Shown: positions 10,951 to 21,312, numbered from the stretch's first letter. The stretch is 64,000 nt of DNA from Syntrophales bacterium (GCA_049302035.1 JBAQLR010000132.1:42173-106172), one strand, 5' to 3'. Notes: a model not told the origin generated them from the letters alone. Translations and numbers: made by a program.

Positions 10951-12116
10951 AATACTTAACGATATTAGGCTCAACGGGTTCCATCGGCGTTAACACCTTG
11001 AATGTGGTCCAGGGAAATTCTCAGCGCTACCGCGTGGGAGCCCTGGCAGCTGGCAGCAATCTTCCCCTTCTGCTGGAACAAATAGTGAAATTCCAACCTC
11101 GCCAAGTGGTTGTCAAGGAAGAGAGCCTGGCGGAAAAACTGGCGGCAGCGCTGCCAGGGTCTTCCAGACCGGAAATCCTCTGGGGTGAAAAAGGATACTG
11201 TGATGTTGCGGCAGCCGACGGCATCGACATGGTTGTTTCGGCTATGGCCGGTTCGGCCGGCCTGGTGCCTACTCTGGCGGCGATCAACGTCGGCAAGGAC
11301 ATTGCCCTTGCGAACAAAGAGATTATGGTGATGGCGGGAGAACTGATAACAAAAAAGGCCAGAGAAACAGGCAGCAGAATCTTGCCGGTAGATAGTGAAC
11401 ACAGTGCCATTTTTCAATGTCTCCTCGGGCAGCATCGGCAGGATGTCAAACGGATCATCCTGACTGCTTCCGGGGGACCTTTTCTGCATTTACCCAGAGA
11501 GCAACTGGGCAGCGTGACGCCCACGCAGGCCTTAAGCCACCCAAACTGGCAGATGGGAAAGAAAATATCTGTAGATTCGGCCACTATGATTAATAAAGGG
11601 CTGGAAGTCATTGAAGCACGTTGGTTATTTGACCTTGATTATAATCGCATCCACATACATGTTCACCCTCAAAGCATTGTGCATTCACTGGTGGAATACC
11701 TCGACGGGGCCATGCTTGCACAACTTGGCACACCTGATATGCGGACGCCCATTGCTTACGCCCTTTCTTTTCCGGAAAGAACGGCAGCAATGGGACAATA
11801 TCTTGACCTACTTTCCGTGCGGACGCTGGAGTTTTTACCGCCTGATTTTGAGAAATTTCCTGGCCTAAAGCTTGCGTACGAGGCAGGGAGACGAGGCGCC
11901 ACGACGCCGACAGTATTCAATGCTGCAAACGAAGTGGCCGTAGAGGCATTTCTTGGGAGTAAAATATCTTTCACGGAAATATGTAAAGTTATAGAAGATA
12001 CTATTTCTCTAACAGCTTGTAATAATGGTGATAATGTGACAGTTGACGACATCCTTGCCGCCGATGCTTGGGCCAGGTTAACGGCGGGCGAAATTATCTG
12101 CAAAATAGGATTGTGA
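10947..12116 (+). CDS. dxr: 1-deoxy-D-xylulose-5-phosphate reductoisomerase
   Basis: LTILGSTGSIG, LANKE, PVDSEHSAIFQC and HPNWQMGKKISVDSATM motifs are present. Start set to ATG 10947 (MKYLTILGS). Confidence 0.95.
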   Translation: MKYLTILGSTGSIGVNTLNVVQGNSQRYRVGALAAGSNLPLLLEQIVKFQPRQVVVKEESLAEKLAAALPGSSRPEILWGEKGYCDVAAADGIDMVVSAMAGSAGLVPTLAAINVGKDIALANKEIMVMAGELITKKARETGSRILPVDSEHSAIFQCLLGQHRQDVKRIILTASGGPFLHLPREQLGSVTPTQALSHPNWQMGKKISVDSATMINKGLEVIEARWLFDLDYNRIHIHVHPQSIVHSLVEYLDGAMLAQLGTPDMRTPIAYALSFPERTAAMGQYLDLLSVRTLEFLPPDFEKFPGLKLAYEAGRRGATTPTVFNAANEVAVEAFLGSKISFTEICKVIEDTISLTACNNGDNVTVDDILAADAWARLTAGEIICKIGL

Positions 12117-12178
12117 GCGGATTTGTATAAAAAGTGCCCTTTTTTTCTTGAGGACATGAATAGTCATGGGAGGCTAAA

Positions 12179-13273
12179 TTGATAAGTATTATAGCGGTGA
12201 TTGTGCTTTTAGGAGCGCTCATTTTTGTCCATGAGCTTGGCCATTTTCTGATGGCTAAGCTTACCGGGGTTGGCGTTCTTAAGTTTTCCCTTGGTTTCGG
12301 GCCTCGCCTGGCGGGCATGAAAATCGGGGAAACGGAGTATATGATTTCTCTTTTTCCTTTGGGTGGCTACGTAAAACTTCTGGGGGAAGCGGAAGACGAT
12401 GTTATTTCCCCTGAGGAGCAGAAGCGCTCTTTTCTAAAACAGCGGGTTGCCAATAAGATGTTAATTGTGGTCGCAGGCCCTATTTTTAATCTACTCTTGG
12501 CTATAGCGATATTCTCCTTTGTTTATAGTTGGGGTTTACCTGTTTTGATACCAAAGATAGGCGAAGTCCAGGAAGGTTCAGCCGCCCGACACGCCGGTCT
12601 GCAAAAATCAGATACAATTCTGTCTATTGACGGGAAACAAATAAATACTTGGGCAGACATGGCCAAGCTGATAAGTGAAAGCGACGGCAAGGCCCTGCGC
12701 CTCGTTATCTTAAGAACCAAGAAGAACTATACCATCGATATAAAGCCTGAATTATTAAAGGCTAAATCCATCTTTGGTGAAGAGGTAAATTCCTATAAAA
12801 TAGGGGTCTCTCCTTCGATGGAAACAAGGATAGAACGCCTAAATCCTTGGAATGCCGTTACAGAAGCTACAAAACAAACATATGCCTTATCGAAATTGAC
12901 GGTGCTGAGTGTTTTTAAAATATTTCAGGGAATCGTCTCACCAAAAACGTTAGGCGGGCCAATTATGATTGCCCAACTAGCCGGCGCTCAAGCCAGGGAG
13001 GGCATGATACCTTTTCTGCTCTTTATGGCCCTTCTAAGTATTAATCTGGCCGTATTGAATCTATTGCCCATTCCTATTCTCGATGGTGGGCACCTCTTCT
13101 TTTATATAATCGAGGCCGTTACCGGTAAAGAAATACACGTTAGATGGCGCGAAAGAGCCCAGCAGATCGGCTTTGTGCTGCTCATCATGTTGATGATGTT
13201 TGTGCTTTTCATGGATATAGAGAGGTTAAACATCAAATTTATCCAAGACATAAGTAATTATTTCTCCAGATAG
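12179..13273 (+). CDS. rseP: RIP zinc metalloprotease RseP
   Basis: HELGHFL zinc motif in TM1, a central PDZ-like region and a C-terminal NLLPIPILDGG motif. TTG start follows GGAGG. Confidence 0.9.
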   Translation: MISIIAVIVLLGALIFVHELGHFLMAKLTGVGVLKFSLGFGPRLAGMKIGETEYMISLFPLGGYVKLLGEAEDDVISPEEQKRSFLKQRVANKMLIVVAGPIFNLLLAIAIFSFVYSWGLPVLIPKIGEVQEGSAARHAGLQKSDTILSIDGKQINTWADMAKLISESDGKALRLVILRTKKNYTIDIKPELLKAKSIFGEEVNSYKIGVSPSMETRIERLNPWNAVTEATKQTYALSKLTVLSVFKIFQGIVSPKTLGGPIMIAQLAGAQAREGMIPFLLFMALLSINLAVLNLLPIPILDGGHLFFYIIEAVTGKEIHVRWRERAQQIGFVLLIMLMMFVLFMDIERLNIKFIQDISNYFSR

Positions 13274-13326
13274 TTGCCCATTGTAAACTTGTTGCGCTAA
13301 ATTAATTTCCTGCGGGATAGTCTGAT

Positions 13327-14061
13327 ATGCAGATATTGGCAATAGATGGCGCGGTGGCTACCCTGAGTGTAGCTCTTCTCGAAGGTCGAACCGTGCGTGC
13401 GGAGGTGTGCCTCAATACCGGCGAAAATCATTCTCTCCGTTTGCTGACGGCCATCAAAGATGCATGCGATCTTACTGACACAGATCTGCTGGACACGGAT
13501 TTTTTTGTTTGTACCCGTGGACCGGGATCCTTCACGGGGGTGCGTATAGCTGTAAGCACCATAAAGGGCTTAGCAATGGCAGCCAATAAACCCATTGTAG
13601 GTGTATCCAGCCTTGAAGCTTTAGCCGCCACCGCCATTTCCTTCTTACCTTTCTTGACGGTGTATGCAATGCTGGACGCTCAGAATGGGCAGATTTACGC
13701 CGCAGCTTACCAGATGGGAGCAGATTCTCAATTGGAACCGTTCGTCGAGGAGAGGATTTGTGATGTCGGATCGTTTTTGTCTGATTTAACTTCCAGGGAA
13801 GGGGCCATATTCACCGGCTCCGGAGCGTTAAAATATGCGAGATTTATTAAGAATGTTTTTCCAAATGCCCTGATTGTCCCGGCAGAATCATCTCACATAA
13901 GGGCAGGCACGGTTGGTTTACTGGGGTTGGATAAATTTTATCGTGGCGAAACATCCAACTTTCTGACCATGGCACCACGATATTTGCGCCTTTCTGAGGC
14001 AGAACGAAAGTTTCTGATGTCCGATGCCTGTCATAACAAGGGCGTTGACAACCCAGGGTAA
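13327..14061 (+). CDS. tsaB: tRNA t6A biosynthesis protein TsaB (YeaZ)
   Basis: ILAIDGAVATLSVAL and GPGSFTGVRIAVSTIKGLA motifs are present. Confidence 0.85.
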   Translation: MQILAIDGAVATLSVALLEGRTVRAEVCLNTGENHSLRLLTAIKDACDLTDTDLLDTDFFVCTRGPGSFTGVRIAVSTIKGLAMAANKPIVGVSSLEALAATAISFLPFLTVYAMLDAQNGQIYAAAYQMGADSQLEPFVEERICDVGSFLSDLTSREGAIFTGSGALKYARFIKNVFPNALIVPAESSHIRAGTVGLLGLDKFYRGETSNFLTMAPRYLRLSEAERKFLMSDACHNKGVDNPG

Positions 14062-14118
14062 TTCATATAAATCCCCAGGAGCGGGGCTTAAGAGCAGGTG
14101 TTTCAGGAGGGAGTTCAA

Positions 14119-14766
14119 GTGATCCTTAATCGCCAAAGCGTCATAGTGCCGGAAGGGCTTCCCTTTATCCTTGCCGCCGCTATTGTTACTATCGGTCTGG
14201 GCGCTTTAGGCTTTAGCATCCTCGCCGGCATTTCACTTGCCGTCACCTTTTTTGTGGCCTGTTTTTTTCGCAATCCCGCAAGAAGATCGCCGGATCAGGA
14301 AGGGCTAGTTATTTCGCCTGCCGATGGGAAAATAATTAAGGTTGAGAAGGTGCGCTGTTCTGATTTACTGCAAGGTGATTTTATTAAAATAAGCGTTTTT
14401 ATGAACGTTTTCAATGTACATGTAAATAGAATCCCCTATTCCGGTACGGTAAAACGCATTTGTTACAACAAGGGCCGCTTCATATCCGCCCATTTAGACA
14501 AAGCTTCAGCGCTTAATGAAAATAATGCCATCGTTATTACTACGGACAAGGGCCATGATATTCTGACGGTACAGATTGCCGGCCTGATCGCCCGTAGAAT
14601 TGTTTGCTGGATTAAAGAAGGGATGCCGGTTAAGAGGGGCGAAAGATTCGGACTGATTCGTTTTGGTTCCCGACTGGATGTTTATTTGCCGGCGGCGTCA
14701 CGGATTGCCGTCAACATAGGAGACCTGGTAAGGGCTGGCGAAACGGTGCTAGGGGAATTGCCGTGA
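14119..14766 (+). CDS. psd: phosphatidylserine decarboxylase, short type
   Basis: FNVHVNRIPYSG and the self-cleavage region RFGSRLDVYLP are present. Start set to GTG 14119, 8 nt after AGGAGG. It is adjacent to pssA. Confidence 0.85.
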   Translation: MILNRQSVIVPEGLPFILAAAIVTIGLGALGFSILAGISLAVTFFVACFFRNPARRSPDQEGLVISPADGKIIKVEKVRCSDLLQGDFIKISVFMNVFNVHVNRIPYSGTVKRICYNKGRFISAHLDKASALNENNAIVITTDKGHDILTVQIAGLIARRIVCWIKEGMPVKRGERFGLIRFGSRLDVYLPAASRIAVNIGDLVRAGETVLGELP

Positions 14767-15539
14767 AAAACGAACAGTCAAACAAAAAAAAACGTCGCAG
14801 ACGGGGAATTTTTCTATTGCCCAACATTCTCACGACGGGCAATCTTTTCTGCGGTTATTACGCCATTTTGGCTGCAATGCGGGGAGATTACAATATCGCC
14901 GGTGTTTTTATCGTTCTTGCCGCTGCTCTTGACAGCTTAGATGGCCGAATTGCCAGAATCACCAATACCATGAGCAAGTTTGGCGCAGAATTAGATTCCC
15001 TGGCCGATCTTGTTACATTCGGCGTTGCGCCGGCAATACTTGCCTATGCCTGGGCTCTTTCTGTCTATGGAAAATGGGGATGGCTGGGCTCTTTTTTATT
15101 TGCCGTTTGTGGGGCGTTGCGCCTTGCCCGTTTCAACGTGCAAAGTGGCATTGTCGAAAGCCGGGTTTTTAATGGCTTACCTATCCCCGGAGCTGCTTCC
15201 GTGGTCGCCACGGGAATTATGTTTTATTTTTATTTGGGCGGCGCAGGAAAATATAGCAACCCGGTCATCTTTGTTGCCGTTGTTGCCCTGGCACTGCTCA
15301 TGGTGAGCAATGTTAAATATTACAGTTTCAAGGACTTGAATTTTTTTTCCCGTAAACCGTTTATGTCCTTCGTGCTGATTGTGATTATTATGATGGTCGT
15401 GGCTGCCGAACCACAGATTACCCTTTTTATTTTTGCGCTTTGCTATGCCTTGTCGGGACCATGCTGGTGGTTGGTTAACCATTGCAAGAAATCGGAAAAG
15501 GGAAAAGCAGAAACAAGTCTAAAGATTAAAAGTTCATGA
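14763..15539 (+). CDS. pssA: CDP-diacylglycerol--serine O-phosphatidyltransferase
   Basis: CDP-alcohol phosphatidyltransferase motif DSLDGRIAR..GAELDSLADLV in a polytopic membrane protein. It overlaps psd by 4 nt. Confidence 0.88.
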   Translation: MKNEQSNKKKRRRRGIFLLPNILTTGNLFCGYYAILAAMRGDYNIAGVFIVLAAALDSLDGRIARITNTMSKFGAELDSLADLVTFGVAPAILAYAWALSVYGKWGWLGSFLFAVCGALRLARFNVQSGIVESRVFNGLPIPGAASVVATGIMFYFYLGGAGKYSNPVIFVAVVALALLMVSNVKYYSFKDLNFFSRKPFMSFVLIVIIMMVVAAEPQITLFIFALCYALSGPCWWLVNHCKKSEKGKAETSLKIKSS

Positions 15540-15550
15540 GAGGAAGCAAT

Positions 15551-16567
15551 ATGGCAAGCTGGAATGTTGCGATTGTGGGCGCCACCGGTGCTGTGGGCAA
15601 CGCAATGATAAAAATATTGGAGGAAAGAAATTTTCCCGTGGGCAATTTGACTTTGCTGGCCTCGGAACGATCCGCCGGGAAGATCATGAGATATCATGGA
15701 CAGGATATTCCCGTCAAAACTCTTGCGGAAGATTCATTTCAAGGGATGCAAATCGGACTGTTTTCCGCCGGAGGCAGCGTCAGTGAGCGTTTTGCACCAA
15801 TTGCATCTGAGGCCGGCTGCGTGGTAATTGACAACACCAGCGCCTTCCGGATGGTTCCTGAAATACCTCTGGTGGTTCCTGAGGTAAATCCTGAATCAAT
15901 AAAAATGTATACCGAGCGCGGCATTATTGCTAATCCTAACTGCTCCACGATTCAGATGGTTGTTGCCTTAAAGCCCATCCACGATAAAGCAAGGATTAAA
16001 CGTATCGTCGTTTCGACCTATCAAGCGGTTTCCGGTACGGGGACAAGGGCCATCCAGGAGTTGACAAACCAGACCCGGGAAGTACTAAACGGCCATTATC
16101 CGACAGTGGAAGTCTATCCGCACCAGATTGCCTTTAACTGTTTGCCGCAAATCGATGTCTTCCTGGACAATGGCTACACCAAGGAAGAAATGAAGATGAT
16201 CAACGAAACAAGAAAGATTTTTGCCGACGATTCCATCGGGGTAACTGCCACATGCGTCAGGGTGCCGGTATTTTACGGACATTCGGAATCGGTAAACATT
16301 GAAACAGAGGTAAAAATTACCGCTGCCGAAGTGAGAAAACTTCTTGCCCAGGCTCCGGGAGTGGAGATTACTGATTCTCCTCGGCAAAAGCTATATCCCC
16401 TGGCAATTAACGCTGCGGGCCGGAACGCCACATTTGTGGGGCGAATACGGGATGACGAGTCCGTCAAAAATGGCATTAACATGTGGATCGTATCGGATAA
16501 CTTAAGGAAAGGCGCGGCCTTCAATGCCGTGCAGATTGCCGAAAAACTGATTAAAGATTACCTATGA
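15551..16567 (+). CDS. asd: aspartate-semialdehyde dehydrogenase
   Basis: VAIVGATGAVG, IANPNCSTI (active-site Cys) and SGTG motifs are present. Start set to ATG 15551. Confidence 0.93.
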   Translation: MASWNVAIVGATGAVGNAMIKILEERNFPVGNLTLLASERSAGKIMRYHGQDIPVKTLAEDSFQGMQIGLFSAGGSVSERFAPIASEAGCVVIDNTSAFRMVPEIPLVVPEVNPESIKMYTERGIIANPNCSTIQMVVALKPIHDKARIKRIVVSTYQAVSGTGTRAIQELTNQTREVLNGHYPTVEVYPHQIAFNCLPQIDVFLDNGYTKEEMKMINETRKIFADDSIGVTATCVRVPVFYGHSESVNIETEVKITAAEVRKLLAQAPGVEITDSPRQKLYPLAINAAGRNATFVGRIRDDESVKNGINMWIVSDNLRKGAAFNAVQIAEKLIKDYL

Positions 16568-17112
16568 GAATCATCGGCGGTGAGGCAAAGGGACGTCACG
16601 TCCTTTACCCACCCAAGTGCCGGGCGCGTCCGACGGCGGACAAGATTAAGGAAGCGCTTTTTAGTATTTTAGGATCTCTAAGAGGCGACAGTTTTCTGGA
16701 TGCTTATTCGGGGGCGGGTAATGTCGGGATCGAGGCTCTCAGTCGTGGGGCGGCGCGTGCCGTATTTATTGAAAAAGATGCAGCTCTTGCCAGATATGCC
16801 AAAGCGAATCTTTTGCTATGCGGTTTTACAGATAAATCCCGGATTCTTTCTATCACAATGGATAAGGCGGTCTCTCTTCTTCATAAACAGGGAACTTCGT
16901 TTAACATAATTTTTGCTGATCCGCCTTACGATAAGGGTTTGGTGGGTAAAACATTGGGTTATTTGGCAGATGTTAGCATAGTTGCCGAAGATGGGGTCGT
17001 CATCTTTCAGCATTCTACCCGCGAAGCAGGAGCATTGGATAAAGCCGAGGAACTCATTTTGTTTGATCAAAGAAAGTATGGCGATACCATGTTGTCGTTT
17101 TTAAAGTTTTAA
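16564..17112 (+). CDS. rsmD: 16S rRNA (guanine966-N2)-methyltransferase
   Basis: MRIIGGEAKGR, RPTADKIKEALFSIL and FADPPY motifs are present. Confidence 0.88.
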   Translation: MRIIGGEAKGRHVLYPPKCRARPTADKIKEALFSILGSLRGDSFLDAYSGAGNVGIEALSRGAARAVFIEKDAALARYAKANLLLCGFTDKSRILSITMDKAVSLLHKQGTSFNIIFADPPYDKGLVGKTLGYLADVSIVAEDGVVIFQHSTREAGALDKAEELILFDQRKYGDTMLSFLKF

Positions 17113-17129
17113 TGGAGGAACGTGAAATC

Positions 17130-17636
17130 ATGAAGAAAGTGGCCGTTTACCCTGGATCGTTTGACCCCTTCACGAATGGACACGTTGATCTTGTTAAACG
17201 TGGGTTAACAATGTTCGATGAAATTGTTGTTCTCATAGCCACCAATCCCGAGAAGAAATCGTTTTTTTCCGTCGAGGAAAGGGTTGCGATCATCGGGGAG
17301 ATTTATAAAGATAATGACCGGGTAATGGTTGACCATTATTCGGGATTGTTAATTGATTATCTTAAAAAAATAGAGGCTAACATCATATTTCGGGGATTGA
17401 GAGCTTTGTCTGATTTTGAATACGAATTTCAGATGGCCTTGATGAATCGCCGCCTAAACCGTGAGGTGGAAACAGTTTTTCTTATGGCCGGTTTCAAGTG
17501 GTTTTATACCAGCTCCAGGATCATTAAAGAAGCCGCCTCTCTAGGCGGATCGGTAAAGGGGATGGTCCCGGATATTGTTTTGAAAAGATTGCAGGAGAAA
17601 TATGAAGAGTTAAATATGGGAAGGAAGCATCCATGA
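17130..17636 (+). CDS. coaD: phosphopantetheine adenylyltransferase
   Basis: VAVYPGSFDPFTNGHVDL and ISSRIIKE-like motifs are present. Start set to ATG 17130, 9 nt after GGAGGA. Confidence 0.93.
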   Translation: MKKVAVYPGSFDPFTNGHVDLVKRGLTMFDEIVVLIATNPEKKSFFSVEERVAIIGEIYKDNDRVMVDHYSGLLIDYLKKIEANIIFRGLRALSDFEYEFQMALMNRRLNREVETVFLMAGFKWFYTSSRIIKEAASLGGSVKGMVPDIVLKRLQEKYEELNMGRKHP

Positions 17637-18826
17637 AATTGTCTAAACGAATATCCCAAATAAAACCTTCTCCCACGCTCGCTATCACCGCCAAAGCCAA
17701 TTCACTGCGCGCGGAGGGGCGCGACATTATCGGTTTTGGCGCCGGTGAGCCTGACTTTGACACGCCGGAATCAATAAAAAGAGCTGCCATCAAGGCGATA
17801 GAGGCGGGATTTACCAAATATACTCCTGTCGGCGGGACCGATGATCTGAAAGATGCGATTATCAGTAAATTGCAGCGTGATCATGGCTTGATTTATAAAC
17901 GATCAGAAGTGGCAGTTTCCTGCGGGGCGAAACATACCCTCTACAACCTGGCACAGGTGCTATTTGAGGATGGTGATGAGGTACTCATTCCTGCTCCCTA
18001 CTGGGTTTCCTATGTCGATATTATTACCCTTACCGGCGCGAAACCGGTGATTATCGAAACAAATGTCGCAGATGGTTTCAAACTGCAACCGGAGCAATTG
18101 CTAAAGGCGATAAATGAGCGCACCAGAGCCATTATTATCAATAGCCCTTCCAATCCTACGGGCATTAACTACGGGCGAGCGGAACTGGAATCCCTGGCAG
18201 TTATTTTGGCAGAGAAGGATATCCTGATAATCTCCGACGACATATACGAAAAAATTATTTATGACGGCGGCAAATTTTATTCCATGGCGGCCCTAAGCCC
18301 TGCTCTCAAGAAAAATTTTATATTAGTAAATGGTGTTTCCAAAGCTTACGCCATGACGGGCTGGCGAATAGGATATGCCGCCGGCCCGGAAGAAATCATC
18401 GCCGCCTTGGTAAAGCTTCAAAGCCAGAGCACCTCGAATCCCACTTCCATTGCTCAGAAGGCGGCCGTAGAGGCCCTAAATGGCCCGCAGGAGAGTGTAA
18501 CGGCAATGACGCAGGAGTTCGAAAAGCGCCGCAATGCTATCGTGGCCCTGCTTAATGCCATCCCGGGTGTTACCTGTATAATGCCGGATGGCGCCTTCTA
18601 TGTCTTCCCCGACGTTTCTTCCTTCTATGGGAGGAATTATGAAAGTAAGGTGATCGCCAACTCTTCCGACCTGACCGCATTTCTCCTGGAGAACGCTAAT
18701 GTAGCAGTCGTTCCCGGCGTCGAATTTGGACATGACAGCCACATCCGTCTTTCTTACGCAACCGCAATGAACCACATCGAGGAAGGCTTGGAAAGGATTA
18801 AACAAGCCCTGCTTAAACTGGCCTGA
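17633..18826 (+). CDS. PLP-dependent aspartate/aromatic aminotransferase (class I)
   Basis: GEPDFDTP, NSPSNPTG and SKAYAMTGWRIGY (PLP lysine) motifs are present. Confidence 0.88.
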   Translation: MKLSKRISQIKPSPTLAITAKANSLRAEGRDIIGFGAGEPDFDTPESIKRAAIKAIEAGFTKYTPVGGTDDLKDAIISKLQRDHGLIYKRSEVAVSCGAKHTLYNLAQVLFEDGDEVLIPAPYWVSYVDIITLTGAKPVIIETNVADGFKLQPEQLLKAINERTRAIIINSPSNPTGINYGRAELESLAVILAEKDILIISDDIYEKIIYDGGKFYSMAALSPALKKNFILVNGVSKAYAMTGWRIGYAAGPEEIIAALVKLQSQSTSNPTSIAQKAAVEALNGPQESVTAMTQEFEKRRNAIVALLNAIPGVTCIMPDGAFYVFPDVSSFYGRNYESKVIANSSDLTAFLLENANVAVVPGVEFGHDSHIRLSYATAMNHIEEGLERIKQALLKLA

Positions 18827-18832
18827 CAAGAA

Positions 18833-19537
18833 CTACATGGCGGCAACGTAATTGACAATCAGGCGGCTGATGGTTGCGCCGCCGATGCGAGCCCTGGCGG
18901 ATATCTCATCCATGGACAGTTCGTCTTTCCCGACAAGACCGTGGGCATAATTATCGACTGAACAAACAGACGCATATCCTAAGCCAAGCTCCTGCGCCAG
19001 GATCGCTTCACTTGCCATCGTCATGCCCACCAGATCGGCAAATTGGGACATCATCCGGATTTCGGCACATGTTTCTAGTCTGGGTCCGGTAGTTTGCCAG
19101 TATGTGCCGCCATCTTTTGCATCAATGCCGACGGCCTTCGCCGCCTGAAGCACCTTTCCGCGCACCTCCCGGTCCAGTCCGGCTGCCAGATGAATCGCTT
19201 GGTTAACAAAAACGGAAGGGTAGGGGGCAAGCATGATAAAATCATCGGGAATGACAATGCTGCCGGGTTGCAAGGCTGTTTTAAGAGAGCCCGTTGAATT
19301 GACACCGATAATTTCCTTCACTCCTATTTCCTGAAAGGCTTTCATGTTAGCTCGATGATTTATGATATGGGGCAAGATGTGATTATTTTGGCCATACCCA
19401 TGACGAGCAATAAAGGTAATATCGTCGGTTACCATCAGTTTGACCTCACCATATTCATTGCCCTTATAGACTTCCTTCACGTTCCTGAAAACTTCCCATT
19501 CCTTAAGGAGTAGTGTGCCTGAGATTATTCCCAACAT
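18833..19537 (-). CDS. MTAP-family purine nucleoside / methylthioadenosine phosphorylase
   Basis: LGIISGT, FIARHG, GVNSTGSL and TGPRLETCAEIRM motifs are present. Start set to ATG 19537. Confidence 0.8.
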   Translation of the reverse strand: MLGIISGTLLLKEWEVFRNVKEVYKGNEYGEVKLMVTDDITFIARHGYGQNNHILPHIINHRANMKAFQEIGVKEIIGVNSTGSLKTALQPGSIVIPDDFIMLAPYPSVFVNQAIHLAAGLDREVRGKVLQAAKAVGIDAKDGGTYWQTTGPRLETCAEIRMMSQFADLVGMTMASEAILAQELGLGYASVCSVDNYAHGLVGKDELSMDEISARARIGGATISRLIVNYVAAM

Positions 19538-19836
19538 TTTTTGCCCTTTCCAGAGTTTTATTGCGGCAATATGCCACACAACCGTAATTATGCCAAGCGT
19601 TTATGTGCATATTTACATATTAATGCGCTAATGAAGCAGAAATAGAAAGAGAAGTTAACTGCCGTGCGGAGGGCGCCCTCAGGCCAATTCGTGCGGGGCG
19701 TACAATTTAAACACCTGTTGTTTTCAGGGTAATGATGGTACGGTCGGTCAGTTGTGGGGGGCCATTGCGAACTGGTAGATTGATCAGGGCTGTGAAACTG
19801 CCGACAATCAGGCCAGGATAATCAGGGGGTAGCATC

Positions 19837-20031
19837 ATGGAAGTAAGACTAAAACAGGAATGGATGGGGCACCATCCCGGGGCAATCGTAAGGGTGGCTG
19901 AAAGTTGTGCAAATAATTTATTTCGGAGAGATATTGCCGAGAAAATGGAACCCGAAAGTATAGCGCAAATTAGAAAAAAGCTTCATGCTATGGTGGCGAA
20001 GAATCTGCCAAAATCTTCTTCAAAACATTGA
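19837..20031 (+). CDS. hypothetical small protein
   Basis: 64-aa ORF preceded by a G-rich RBS-like CAGGGGG. No recognisable motif. Confidence 0.3.
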   Translation: MEVRLKQEWMGHHPGAIVRVAESCANNLFRRDIAEKMEPESIAQIRKKLHAMVAKNLPKSSSKH

Positions 20032-20054
20032 GTTTACTCTAAAACCGTCCGGCG

Positions 20055-21260
20055 TCAGATGGCCAGTTTGGCGAGCAGCCCCTTGTGCCTTCTATACCAA
20101 TAGTCCGGTACGAGCCTGTATAGCAGTCTGGATATGGGCCCGATGTATTCTTTCTTCCTTCTGTCGAACTGGCAGGCTTGGAGGACCTGCTCCTTGATGG
20201 CCTCCCGGTTAGTTCCCTCATTAAAAATCCTGTAGGCGCAATGGAAAAGAGGACTGTACATGTTCTTCTTTTCCAGGTAGCGGTAAACATTCCTGATGGT
20301 ATTAGGGCCTTCCGGTGTGCCGTCGATCAAACTCCGTACCTTAAGATCGGTTTCAATGGGATTGCCGTTATAAAGCTCATAAAATAATTTGCCGTAGCGA
20401 TAATTTTTGCTGGCCTCGGAAGAGACGGTGACATACATGTCGCCCACGCCTGCTTGGCTGTGGAAAGCCTGAAAACTGCCCCCCAGGAGCATTGACAGGG
20501 ACCTTATCTCTACGCCCGACCTGGCAAAGATGGTTCCCGGGACGGAGTCACCCAGTTCCAGGGAATCGGTCAAGCCCTTGATGTTGGCAACAATATTCTT
20601 GAGAGAACCGCAGGCTTCAATTCCCACAATGTCAATGTTGTAGTAAGAGCAAAGCTCCCGCCGATTAAACCGCGTCAGTTCCTGAATGATCAGATTGGCA
20701 ATGCTTTTTCCCCCGGCGACGGTGACGCAGACCGGATTCCCCAGAGCAATGTCCATATCGAAGAACGGACCGCCGAGGCAGACAACATCATACTTCTCCT
20801 GCATGTTGGCCAGATAGTTATTGATAAGTTGTGAGGGAGTAATTAGTTCCTTTGATATTTCATCGGAAATCAAACCCTTCAGGGGTGAGATAAGACAGGT
20901 CGGACCGCTTTTTTTTTCCATCAGCGGCTTGAGGTAATTCAGCAATTCCGGTAACCTGTCCATTGTTACGGCAAGCAGGATGATGTCATTATCCTCGATG
21001 GTGCGTTCCAGATCATTGGTGGCAAAGACGCGTGTCGAAAGACGGGGCACATTGTCCATGCCACCCAGCCTTTTTGCCAGATCGCAAGTCAGGTGTTTCG
21101 GATTCAAGTGCTCCCTGTTGATTTCCCGGCAGATATCTGCGTTATGGTAATATATGGTGACCTTTTTGTTATCCCGACCGAACTTGTAGGCAAAGGACGT
21201 ACCCAGGCGACCGGGTCCAATAATGGCGATTCGGCCTGTGTCCAAACTGTTTAACTTCAT
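20055..21260 (-). CDS. GpsA-family NAD(P)H-dependent glycerol-3-phosphate dehydrogenase paralog with C-terminal extension
   Basis: Rossmann IAIIGPGRLGTSFA, PLKGL, GIEACGSLKNIVANIKG and GVGDMYVTVSS..SKNYRYG follow the GpsA motif order. Start set to ATG 21260 because a TTGACA-N17-TATACT promoter occupies the upstream part of the track ORF. Confidence 0.75.
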   Translation of the reverse strand: MKLNSLDTGRIAIIGPGRLGTSFAYKFGRDNKKVTIYYHNADICREINREHLNPKHLTCDLAKRLGGMDNVPRLSTRVFATNDLERTIEDNDIILLAVTMDRLPELLNYLKPLMEKKSGPTCLISPLKGLISDEISKELITPSQLINNYLANMQEKYDVVCLGGPFFDMDIALGNPVCVTVAGGKSIANLIIQELTRFNRRELCSYYNIDIVGIEACGSLKNIVANIKGLTDSLELGDSVPGTIFARSGVEIRSLSMLLGGSFQAFHSQAGVGDMYVTVSSEASKNYRYGKLFYELYNGNPIETDLKVRSLIDGTPEGPNTIRNVYRYLEKKNMYSPLFHCAYRIFNEGTNREAIKEQVLQACQFDRRKKEYIGPISRLLYRLVPDYWYRRHKGLLAKLAI

Positions 21261-21312
21261 TATATTTAATGCTCTCAGAAGGACATCGTTAATGATTGTA
21301 AATTCGCGCCGC

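Noticed and set aside
10971-11489. 172-aa and 127-aa antisense ORFs inside dxr
   Set aside because: Shadow ORFs opposite dxr, Arg/Ser/Ala-rich with no recognisable domain.
19580-19836. 257-nt intergenic region with a 12-nt palindrome GAGGGCGCCCTC (19669-19680), a duplicated CGTGCGG and three ATCAGG repeats before the small ORF
   Set aside because: I could not fold it into any riboswitch or sRNA family I know. The repeats are short enough to be chance. It is left as an unannotated leader/promoter region.
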